Origin: Piromyces finnis finn
Lineage: Eukaryota > Fungi > Neocallimastigomycota
Assembly: GCA_002104945.1 (NCBI GenBank)
Contig: MCFH01000027.1
Span: forward strand, 62,001 to 126,000
Direction: 5' to 3'
DNA: 64,000 nt
Each line of letters opens with the position of its first letter. Positions within the stretch are counted from its first letter, which is position 1. Below, in pieces: positions 1 to 11,437 of the stretch. Position numbers and translations under genes: made by a program. Below the pieces are notes generated by a model. That model worked only from the letters and a program-made list of their open reading frames with translations. It ran no database searches and had not been told where the DNA came from.

Positions 1-200
1 GTATAAATTTATATTAAATTTATTATTTATTATAATTCTATTTTATAATTAAATTAAACAAACCTTAAAGAATATAGAAATTTACTCAATTCATTCAATA
101 ATGTTCAATTAAAAAAATATAATAAATAGAAATATCCAGTAAAAGAAATATTTAGATTAATTTTTAATATATATAAATTAAGTCATTAATATTAAAAATA

Positions 201-314
201 AATTAAATAATATTTTTCCAAAATCAATTTGGTTTTTTAATTATTTAATTCAACAAGTAATTCTTCAGGTTTTTCTTCTAGTCTTTTCCTGAAGAAACAA
301 CAACCAGACTAGAA
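201..314 (+). other. Structured RNA-like module, copy 1: ENE-like U-rich internal-loop hairpin (201-250) plus H-type pseudoknot (261-314)
   Basis: 11-bp stem aattaaataat/attatttaatt encloses A-U5, then ccaaa/tttgg, then U6-A. It is followed by the stem ttcttcagg/cctgaagaa, whose loop segment ttctagtct (276-284) is complementary to agactagaa (306-314). Same architecture at 21366-21498. Function is inferred. Confidence 0.55.
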
Positions 315-383
315 TCCAATAAAAAGCCATAAATAACAAATTATTAATCAATTTAATAAATTAAAATTTCATGATTTAATATA

Positions 384-460
<77 letters not shown>
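384..460. repeat. (AAT)n microsatellite
   Basis: About 25 consecutive AAT units. Confidence 0.95.
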
Positions 461-463
<3 letters not shown>

Positions 464-522
464 TTATAACAAAATAAAAAAAATTCTTAAAAAACATTTT
501 TAACCCTTTTCGTCTTTAAGTG

Positions 523-1132
523 TCTGTAAAAGTATAAAATTTAAAACAGATTTTATACTTAAAACGAAACAATTTTTATTAACACAAAAATAAAAAATAA
601 AACATTAAATTTTTATTTAAAAAAAAACATTTTTATTTAAACTCTTAAAAATATTATTAACTATATAATAGTTAATAATTAAAAAATTGAAAATAACAAT
701 TACATCGATTTAATAAACAAAAATTACATGTATTTGTATTTTTCATAATTATATTCTAATATATTATTCTATTTAAATAAACATATATTTAATATAAAAT
801 AAACAACACTAATCTAATTAAATAATAAAATAGCAAAACTAAACTAAAACTAATTCATTATACTTTTAATTCAATTTGAGTAAACTCAAAATTGAATAAA
901 GCCCATGTATTTTCTATAAATTAATTTAATATTATCAATACTATTCTTAATATATTTCCTATTGAAATATAAATAAATCTATTTTTAAAACTAAGTTAAA
1001 ATTATTAAACTATTCTGTAAAAGTATAAAATTTAAAACAGATTTTATACTTAAAACAAAACAATTTTTATTAACACAAAAAATAAAAAAATAAAACATTA
1101 AATTTTTATTTTAAAAAAAAACATTTTTATTT
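523..1132. repeat. Direct repeat pair of ~116-119 bp (523-638 and 1014-1132)
   Basis: tctgtaaaagtataaaatttaaaacagattttatactt...aaacatttttattt occurs twice, differing by one substitution and homopolymer lengths. Confidence 0.9.
861..1016. repeat. 156-bp repeat, inverted copy of 3831-3986
   Basis: The reverse complement of 3831-3986 matches with 2 mismatches. Contains the hairpin ttcaatttgagt-aa-actcaaaattgaa and gcccatgtatt. Confidence 0.9.
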
Positions 1133-1544
1133 CCACTTGATTGGGTAAAGCAAATAAACTTTCTATTTAATTAATAACCATTAATATATGGTTATACATA
1201 ATTCTGGCCAATAAATGTTAACCAGAATATATGGTTTGTTAGGTTTTTCACTTCGGTTGAGTCAGAACGTACTATTTTACCCTAAATTGTTAAATAAATA
1301 ATTAAATAAATAAATAAATACTATTTTATTAATTAACTTTATTTATTAATAAAATTTTTAAAGAAAGATTTTTTATTTATTAATTATTATTATTTTATTA
1401 GAGTAAATATTTAAATTAATGAACTCTCGAAATTCCTAATGATAGGAATTTCCTTAAGTATTTATACTATCTTTTAATATTAAAGGAATACATCTAATAT
1501 TTAATACATGATCACTTGTTTATATTAATTAACTATTCTATAAA

Positions 1545-2160
1545 TGTAAAGATATCAAACGCCTCTGTTTGATATCTTTAATGTAACTTAAGCCATAAGT
1601 ATTATTGTTTAAGTTACACAAATTATATTCAGAAAAAGAAAATGAGACATAATTTATTTATTAATAATTAAAGTTTAAAACAAAATAAATTATTTATTTA
1701 TTTTTAATGTTTAACAAGTAAATTAAAATTCTCAATTTAAATCCCTAGTTTTAGTATTGTTTTTTCATAGAAATAGATAAATAATATATAAATAATAAAT
1801 GATTAATATATCAATAATACATGGGCACATATTCAAATTGAATAGTACTTAATTTGAATTGCCGATTGTATTTTACTAAAAATAGTTATAGTTTAAATAT
1901 TTATTAATAATTAAGATTTTAGTGTAGATTTTAAATAATGATATATAAGAAATAAATAGTTATAATATAATATAATTGTACTTAGGAAAAATATAAATAG
2001 AAGATATTTTTCATCATTTTGATCGATGTAATTGTTATTAATAAATTTCTATTATAATAAAAGATATTTTTTAATAAAACAATTTTTATTTTTATTTTAA
2101 ATTTAGTGTTATTGTAATAGAATAGATATCCTAATCTATTCTTTCTGTGTCGCCATTACA
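1545..2160. mobile_element. Solo LTR (616 bp), copy 1
   Basis: TGTAA...TTACA termini; 5-bp TSD ataaa (1540-1544 and 2161-2165); about 9 differences from the copy at 33546-34160. Confidence 0.9.
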
Positions 2161-3804
2161 ATAAATTAAATATATATTACTTATATATGACTTTTTCTTA
2201 AACTCGTTGTAACGAAATATTATAATAATAAACACACACACTCTAATGTATCAAATATATGTATTTTTTTTTTAATAATGTTTATTTATTAAATTTATTA
2301 TTATAATACGACTAACTCGCTAGGTCAGTGTATTATCAAACTAAAGACGAAACAAAAAAAAACTAATTTTTATTAATTATTAATAAAAACACTAAAGAAC
2401 TATTTTATCTTTCTTATTCTCTCTTTTATACATGAAAATTATTTTTTTTTTTTTTTTTTTTAATACAATTTGATAAGTGAATTAATTACTTAATGATTGG
2501 TTATAAAAATATAATTATGAAATTTTCATTAATCTAACCTTAATGATTTTCTAGTCTAACCCTTATCATTAGATATACCTCATTACACTCGTGTTATATT
2601 TAATAATTATAAAGTCATATTATAAATCATTTGTAGAAGGAATGATTGTTTTATAATTTAATTTTAGTTTCCTTCATAATCAAATGAACAAAAGAGATAT
2701 TAATTCAAACTTTAATAAATATAAAATCTTAATAATTATAAAATAATAATATCTCTTATATATTATTTAATAATGTTTTATAACAAAATATTTCTAATTA
2801 ATTAAATAAATAAAACATTATTTAAATAAATAATCATGAATCCACTAATATCCATGACATTATTATTATTATTATTAATTTATAATTTATAAATTTAATT
2901 ATTTATCAAAATGATACAATATTTTCATAAAGTTCCACAAAATAATTTATTTATTTTAGGAAAAAACAAATAGGGAAATTATAAAATAATATATTCTAAT
3001 AAAGAAGTTAATAATAACAATTTCAATATTTTTAATAAATAAAATTGAAAGAAAGAAACATATAATTTATATAATGTTTTTGTTATGTCTTTAATCTTTA
3101 TTTATAATTAATGAATTAAAAGATTTACAATTAAAAGAATAAGAATAATTTATATTTAATAACAAATAATATAACCTAATAGAATTATTTAAACCCTTTA
3201 AATAATTCTCTTCCAAAATATTCTTAAACTCATTATTCTTTCTAAAATCATTCCTTTTCTCTTATTCTTTATATACTATTTTTATCATTTTCCCTATAAC
3301 TCCGCTATATTATTATATTATAATTATTACTATTATTAACTATGTACATTAATGTACATTGATGATTTATTCTATAATATTATATTATTATTTTCTAACC
3401 TAAATTATTTTTTTTCTAGAGTTTATGCTAATTTCTTATTTTTATAGAGGTAACGTATCAAAATATGACACAAGTTTAAATATACCTTAATTCTAAATAA
3501 GCTTAGAAAATGGTATATTTGGTGTGTATTTGTGTAAAGATATAATATATATCTTTAGATTATTTAATAATTAATTATTAATTATTAAATAATAAATTAA
3601 TATTTAGTAAAACTGATTATAAAATTTTTGAATAAATTTTATGGAATAATTTAATAATAAATTATTTTATAATAATTCCGTTAAATTTAAATTAAGATAA
3701 ATATTTAAGTTTAAGGAATAAAAGAATTTTAATTAAATTTAAATATTTCAAATATTTTAAATAATTAAAATATTTTTTTAAATACTTTTTATTTAATTTT
3801 AGAA

Positions 3805-4517
3805 TAGATTATACTTTCTTATTTAAATTTAGAATAGTTTAATAATTTTAACTTAGTTTTAAAAATAGATTTATTTATATTTTAATAGGAAATATATTAA
3901 GAATAGTATTGATAATATTAAATTAATTTATAGAAAATACATGGGCTTTATTCAATTTTGAGTTTACTCAAATTGAAATAAAAGTAGAAAGAAATGCAAT
4001 AGGATGTAATTTGCCATCAAATTCTTGAGAGAGAATAGCACCGACAGCATAATTACTAGCATCAGTTTCTACAATAAATTGTTTATTACTATCCGCATGT
4101 TTCAGAATAGGAGCTGACGTGAACAGAGTTTTTAATAAAATAAAAGCGTCCTGATCTTCTTTCACCCAGTTAAAAGCAACATTCTTTCTAGTGAGTTTGT
4201 GAAGAGGGTTTGCAATTTTAGCAAAGTCTTTAATAAAAATTCTGTAATAGTTGCATAAACCAATAAAAGACTGAACCTCTTTAACATTATTAGGAACCGG
4301 TCAATCAAGAATTGCTTTAACTTTATTCTCATCCATTTGCAACCCATCTTTTGAAATGACATAACCAAGAAAAGTGGCTTTCTCAACATCAAACTCACAT
4401 TTTTCTAATTTAACATAAAGGTTATTTTAGATTATACTTTCTTATTTAAATTTAGAATAGTTTAATAATTTTAACTTAGTTTTAAAAATAGATTTATTTA
4501 TATTTCAATAGGAAATA
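3805..4517. repeat. 90-bp direct repeats (3805-3894 and 4428-4517) bracketing a Gypsy pol fragment
   Basis: tagattatactttcttatttaaatttagaatagttt...aataggaaata present twice with 1 mismatch. Confidence 0.85.
3987..4426 (-). pseudogene. Ty3/Gypsy pol fragment (RT thumb to RNase H)
   Basis: One frame reads [73 protein letters not shown], with a single TGG>TGA stop near 4300. The ORF-track 4162-4398 frame is not the real frame. Confidence 0.9.
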
Positions 4518-4613
4518 AATGAAGGCACGGGTAAGTTAATTATAAATATTTAAAATATTTTCATATACATTTATATAATCACTTTTTTTTTTTTTATTTA
4601 TATAATTATAATA

Positions 4614-4860
4614 TTTTAAATGATTAATATAATAAAAGGATATATATATATTTTTTTTGCCTTTATATATTTATTTTTTATAATACTATTACTACTACTA
4701 TTACTAATTATAATTATAATTATTATTATTATTTTTTAAATGATTAATATAATAAAAAGGATATATATATATATATATATATATTTTACCTTTATATATT
4801 TATTTTTTTAATACTATTACTACTACTATTACTAATTATTATTATTATTAATTATTATTA
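4614..4860. repeat. Tandem duplication of a ~120-bp unit downstream of the ankyrin gene
   Basis: ttttaaatgattaatataataaaagg(at)n...cctttatatattt...tactattactactactattactaatt occurs twice (units start ~4614 and ~4734). Confidence 0.8.
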
Positions 4861-4905
4861 TCAATTGTTAATAATAATTTTGTTTTATTTATCCTTTATC
4901 AGATT

Positions 4906-7900
4906 TTAGACTGAAGCATCGACTTTTTCGTTTTCATCCATATTTTCTTCTTTATTAGCTTCCTTCTTAATATCATTGTTTATTGAACTATCAGTGGACT
5001 TTTCATCTTTCATTTTCTTTTCAAATTCAATCCATTCTTCTTGTTTTTCAATAAGACTAATAATTGTTGCATCATTAATACGTTTTGCTACATCCATAAC
5101 TGTTTCATTATTACTATTGACATGAGTAAGTGATACATTTTTAGATAATAAATATTTTATTACACTATGACATTTGTGTTCAATTGCAGTAAAAATTATA
5201 TATGTACCATTAATCTTATCGTTTACATTGACTTGTTGAACGTCTTCAAGGTATTTTACTACTTCGCATTTAACAGAGTCAGCACATTGTTCATGCATAA
5301 CTACATTTTCAATATTAATCATTATTTTTGTCTTTCCATTATATGATAAAGTATGAGCACCTCTTGAATAAAATTCTTTTACTAATGCTAAATTGAACAT
5401 TAATGCATAGTATAATGGTGCTTTTTCTTCCATACCACATACTTCTAAATCTGCTCCATTATTAATCATTGAAACAATAAGATCAGTGTATTGCTCATTA
5501 TATATTTTATTTTTATTTAATGCTTTCATTAAACTAATTAAAGGTGTATTTCCTAAATAATTTTTTCGATGAATATCAAATAACTTTTTATTCATAGCTT
5601 TATTTAAATTATTTGTCAAATCAACAGCTTTATATCTATAATGATTTTCTATTAAATAATCAAGAAAAGTTTCTTTTACCTCATCGTCAGTTTCATTATC
5701 TAAAACATTTACACTATCAAGGCTAAAGCCTAAATCTATCAATTTAGAAAGATTATTCATAGAATATTGCCAGTTGAAGTAATATAAACTTCTACAACCA
5801 AATTTAAAATCATTAAGGCTTGCACCTTGTTCAAGTAAATATATTATATTATTGATGGTAACACTACTGTAACTATCATAATATTTAAAGTTTTCAATAA
5901 TTGAGTGTCCATCCTTATCCTTTGAGAATACATCTACACCTTGACTTATAGCATACTTTATAACTACTATGTTAGAAGAATTAGATACAATTGTACATCC
6001 ATTATTATCCTTATGTTTAATATCTACACCTTGTTCTACTGCATATTTTATGATATCAATATCAGTGATACCAAATAATATATTTTTACCTTCTTTATTA
6101 GTGCAGTTTATATCAATCTTTTGTTCAACTAGATATTTAAAGTTATTAATTCTTGAATGTTTATTTGAATAAAAACCAAGATATCTTCTATATCCGGATT
6201 GTTTTAGGGTATATATATCATTATAAATATAGAACAATGCATTTCTTCCTTCATTATCTACATCATTAAGTGGAACACCCTTTTCAATTAATTTTTTAAT
6301 AATATCTAAATCACAATTTCCCACAGAACACATTAATAAATTGGTTCCTTGATTATTTTTAATTGTGAAATCTTGGCATTTTTCAATTAAATAATTGCAA
6401 ACTTCAGAATTACCTCTTTTTAATGCATACATCAATGAAATATTTCCTTCATTGTCTTTAGCATTAACATCACAATTTTTCTCTTCCACTAGATATTTGA
6501 TAAATTCAATTTTCGTATCACTATTACCCGATAAATACATAAGAACGGTAACGCCATCCTTACTATTTTTAAAATTAGCATCCGCATTCTTTTCTTCAAT
6601 TAAATATTTTAACATATCTTCTATATATCTCATGCTATAAGAATTAGTTGCAACACAACACATAAGATTATCACCATTTTCGTTTGGTTTATTAATATCA
6701 ACTCCATAACTAGTATAGCAATCAAGAAGTTTCTTTGAAGATTCTAATTTACAAGTATAATAACCTGAAACAACTTCTTGGAATGGAAGAAAATGCCTTT
6801 TATTATTTTTGTATGGATCAGCATTATTAGCTAATAAAAATTGTGTGCTCATCAATTTGTGTGATGAAGTTGCTGTAGATAATAGATAGTTACCATATTC
6901 ATCTGTTGAATTAATAATATAGTCGTTAATTTCATATCCGTTTTTTACCAGGAGTTGAATAAGTCTAAAAGAATAAATTGCTCGATGAAGTATTCTTTTA
7001 TTTATTTCTATATTAGAATTGTCAATTTTTGCACCATTCTCAATGAGTAAACATGCTAATTTATAATTTCTTCTTTCAACAGCTATAGTGAGTGCAGTTT
7101 TTAAATGTACATTTTTAACATTTAGTTTTGGCTTTTTTTCTAAGATTTTTGTAGCAAATTCAATATTACAAGAATTAACAGCTAACATTAATGGTGTATT
7201 TTCTTCGTTGTCTAGTAAATCAATGTTAATATCCTCAATATTATCCATAATATAATTAAATATACTATCTTGACCACTTATTATACAATAATGGAATAGA
7301 CTTTTACCAAAAGAATCCAATGCCTCAAAATCAACTTCATCATTAATCAAATCTTCAATTTCTATGGGATAATTTTTTCTATACATAATTATATTAAGAG
7401 GAATTTTGTTTGAAGAATTTTTATGATTTACATCTGCTCCATTTTCAAGTAATAGCTTAATGGCATCAAATCGATCATAGCGTAATGCACCAAAGAGAGC
7501 GGTTTCGTTAGCATCATTAATAATTTCATTAACATTTGCACCTTTCTTAATCAAATATTCAACAATTTCAAGATTCTTTGCATTCACTACTGAATAATAT
7601 AAAGGAGTAGCACCCTTGCTATCTTTTTCATCAATAAGTGCACCGTTATTAATAAATAATTCAATTAAATCGAAATTTTTTCGATTAACTGCATAAATCA
7701 ATGGGGTTTCTTTTACATTTTCATAACCTCTTGATATTTTATATATCTTATTAATATCAGCACCATGTTCAATAAGTACCTTTAGACATTCAATCAATTT
7801 TTTTGATATACGACCACTAGATAATAATTTACTCAAAGCTGATTCATCCTTATTATTAATATAATTAACATCCGCACCATGGTCTAATAAATATTCTACT

Positions 7901-9435
7901 AAATTTGCATTTTTTTTCTTGACAGCAAGCATTAATGGTGTTTCAAAATTTTTATCCACACAATTAATTTCTTTAACTAAATTATTTTCAATTAAATATT
8001 GAGTTAAGTAAACACTTCCATTTAATGAAGCATGTAAAATTAACGATTTTTCATCTTTGGATATAATAGAAGTATCTGCACCTTGTCCTAACAAGAACTT
8101 AAGAATATATCTATTATTTCCTATGCATGCATAAGTTAACGGTGAATTATTCGTATTACAATTATCATTTATTTTTGCACCATGTTTAACTAATAATTTT
8201 ATTAGTTTAACAGAAGCTTTTTTAGTACTCAATATATACATTAAAGCTGTTTTATCATTAGCATCTTTTAAATTAACATTAGCACCTGCATCAATTAATA
8301 AATTAAACATTTCAAAAATCAATGCATTCATACGTTTAATTTTTAATGGTTTCTCAATAATACCAAGACTCATTAAAGGTGTAATTAAAGTGTTTTCTTC
8401 AGTACAATTAACATTAGCACCTTCTTGAATTAATGTTTTTACATAATCAATATTTTTTGATTTACAAGAGCTTATGAGAATATTATTTATAGTATCATCA
8501 TTTAATGTGGACATTTTATACTTTAAAAAAGTTTTTAATAATAAAGGATTGTTTTTATCAATGATAGTGTTTATCATTCTTTTATTAATTATAATTTTTT
8601 TACTTTCTTCTTCAATAATAGAATTAAAAGCTTCCTTTGATACTGGTGTCTTATTTTTAGAATTAATAACAAATTGAATAATTATATTATTACTAAAAAC
8701 TATACAATTTAAAAAGGTTTCAATTAATTTGATATTTTCTTCTTCAATTAAGCATTCCAAAAATGTTTTATCTTGCCTATTTCTTAAATTAATATTAATA
8801 TTATGACTAACTAAATAATTAATAACATCACTATTTAAAGAATTATCATTTAATTGTTTTAAATAATATAGAGCATTTTGACCCTTAGCATTAACGTAAT
8901 TAATGTCAACACCTTTTTTTAATAATTCCTCCACTATTGAATAATTATGTTTACTAAGTGCCTCAAATAATGGTGTCTTGCCTAGTAATATTTCATAATT
9001 TAAATCTTCTTCTTTATCCATAAAGAATTTTATTAATGACTTATTTGATGATTCTTTAATAGCTTCAATTAAGAGCTTTTTGTTATAATTTAAATTTTCA
9101 TATTTTGGATTCCTTTCAATTATTAATTGTATTCTTGTTAAATCATTTTCAGAAATTGATTTTTCTAATTCTTCATATAACTCTTGATCATCATATTCAG
9201 TAACTCTAATTATATAAAAGAAAAAGAAAAAAAAAAAAAGAATAAAATTTTATTAGTAAATATTTTTAATCATTAATTTAGATTTTCAACAATTATTATT
9301 TTCTGGTAATAATTACTCTTCAATTGAATTTTTCGTTTCTTAAATTATAATAATAATAATTAAAAAATTAATACTTTATATTTATTTCTTTATATTCAAT
9401 ATATAATATATTTTATTGTATTGTATTATACCCAT
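4906..9435 (-). CDS. Large ankyrin-repeat protein, ~1441 aa; exons 9432-9435, 9317-9338, 4906-9205
   Basis: Many TPL..A.....L...GADVN..D/N ankyrin motifs. The frame stays open upstream of the ORF-track ATG to an AG acceptor at 9206-9207. Two GT-AG introns join ATG-G, a 22-nt exon and the large exon in frame (METKNSIEEVTEYDDQEL). Confidence 0.9.
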
Positions 9436-9995
9436 TATCTTCAGATATTATGAATATTTAGAAAACTGTATAAAGATTTAATGTATAAAATGACTACTTT
9501 TTTTTTTATATTATATTTTAGTTTAAAAATATTTAAATATTTTAAACAGTTTTTATTTGACTATTATACAGTATTGTTTATTTTGTGCTAAGTAAATTAT
9601 TTATATATGTTTATATTAATTTTTTTTTAATTAATATAAAAATAGAAATATAATAATTATTTATAATATTCTTTATATTCTATTATTATTAAAATATTAC
9701 AACAAAGTTAATGCAAATAACACTAGAATATAAAATATCAATACTACTACACTTTTCAATAATAATTATCTATTATTCAGATGGTTCTTTTTTTTTTATT
9801 AATAATAAATTAATATTAGTATCATAAAAATTATAAATAGTTTAATTTTCTAAAATTTCATAATTAATAACTGACAAACTTATTTCTTTCACTCTTATTT
9901 ATTAGAGAAAGGGGAAAAAAAGGTAATTATATTAATAGTTAATATATTTCCAGAGTGATGATTAAAAGATTAAAAATTTTAAGATCTTTTAAAAT

Positions 9996-10031
<36 letters not shown>

Positions 10032-10207
10032 GATTATAGAATGAAATAAGATTAATAATATTTTTTAATCAAATTATTTATCAAAGTAATTTTTATTAAA
10101 TTAATTTATTTCATTCATATCATATTTTTTAATTAAAATGAATTTTTAAATTAAAGTTTTAAATTTTAATTAATTATTACACTTTTCTCATTTGGAAATT
10201 AAAATTT

Positions 10208-10246
<39 letters not shown>

Positions 10247-10874
10247 TGCATTAATTAATTATATTTAAATTATTATAGTAAAAAAAAAAACTTAAATATT
10301 ACTTGAGATTTATATCAAAAACTGCGACTTTACTTTATATATATAACACATTATTATTATTTACCTTTCTCTATTTCTTTAATATTTTTTCCATTTTTCC
10401 ATTTTCCATTAAGGAATTTTATATAAAAACAATATGTGATTGAACATATTAGCAAATTCTTCATAATATTAAATTAATATAGTTTTATAATAATATTAAT
10501 TAGTTTTACAATGTATAAGATTGTAATACATATGTATAGTAGATGTAATGTGAAATAATAATGTAAATGTATAATACATATAGATCCAACCCTATCATTG
10601 GACAATTAATTATTAAACCTCGTTAGTATAAATAGACTAGAGAATAATTATTGAAAGGGCTTCTTATTTTAGTTAAGGTTTTAATAGTTAAAACGACAGA
10701 ATTAACATTTTAGTATTTAGACAGAAAAGAAATATTGAAACGTAATAAATAAAGTTATTAATAAAACATATATTATTTAAAGCTAAATTCTTTCTACATA
10801 AAAATAATCATGTATCACTATGTTTATGATATGATTAATATGTTATATTTACATAAATCTATTATATACCTTAA

Positions 10875-10875
<1 letters not shown>

Positions 10876-10905
<30 letters not shown>

Positions 10906-11437
10906 TTCCGAGTGCATTTCTCCCATCGATCAGAGTTAGCTCCAATGGTGGTTCTTAGAGAAACGTTGGCTCATTCCTATTGCTAGGTGGTTGTGACCCT
11001 CCTGGTCTGTCATACTGTTTCTTCAGCTTCGACGCTCACTTAATCCATGTACATTAGATGCATGTCGTTGTACGATATTTCACAACTACAATGCTAAGCC
11101 TCTTATAGTCAATTTGATCACGTGTCAACCGCCCCCTAATGTTTAAACTTAAATTGATTAAGGAATATTATGTGTTTTTGGCATAGCCTAAGTCACCACT
11201 TATTAAGTTCTAATTTGGAATGTACCATGTACACTAGACCCTCTCAGGCCGGCTAGACGAGTGTTATTATCATAGTAGTAAATTAGAAAGTTCATTTATA
11301 CTTACCTGAATATCATAACCCAACCCATGGCAAACCCAGTGGGAAAATCCACAGGCACTGACATCTGCGGGGTCGAACCAGAAGCCTTATGTATGCTAAG
11401 GAAACGCCTTAACAACCAGGATAAAAACTGGAACGAC
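10876..11437 (-). mobile_element. Non-LTR retroposon insertion (SINE-like element or 5'-truncated LINE 3' end), 562 bp
   Basis: 27-nt poly(A) tail (T-run at 10876-10902); perfect 13-bp TSD tatataccttaaa (10863-10875 and 11438-11450); much higher GC than the flanks; B-box-like GGTTCGACCCC at 11379-11369. Confidence 0.85.

Noticed and set aside
2288-2352. Hairpin plus ctaaagacgaaac, hammerhead-like
   Set aside because: CUGA is mutated and there is no stem II.
5969-8677. Plus-strand ORFs at 5969, 6395 and 8474
   Set aside because: Antisense shadows of the ankyrin CDS with no recognisable motifs.
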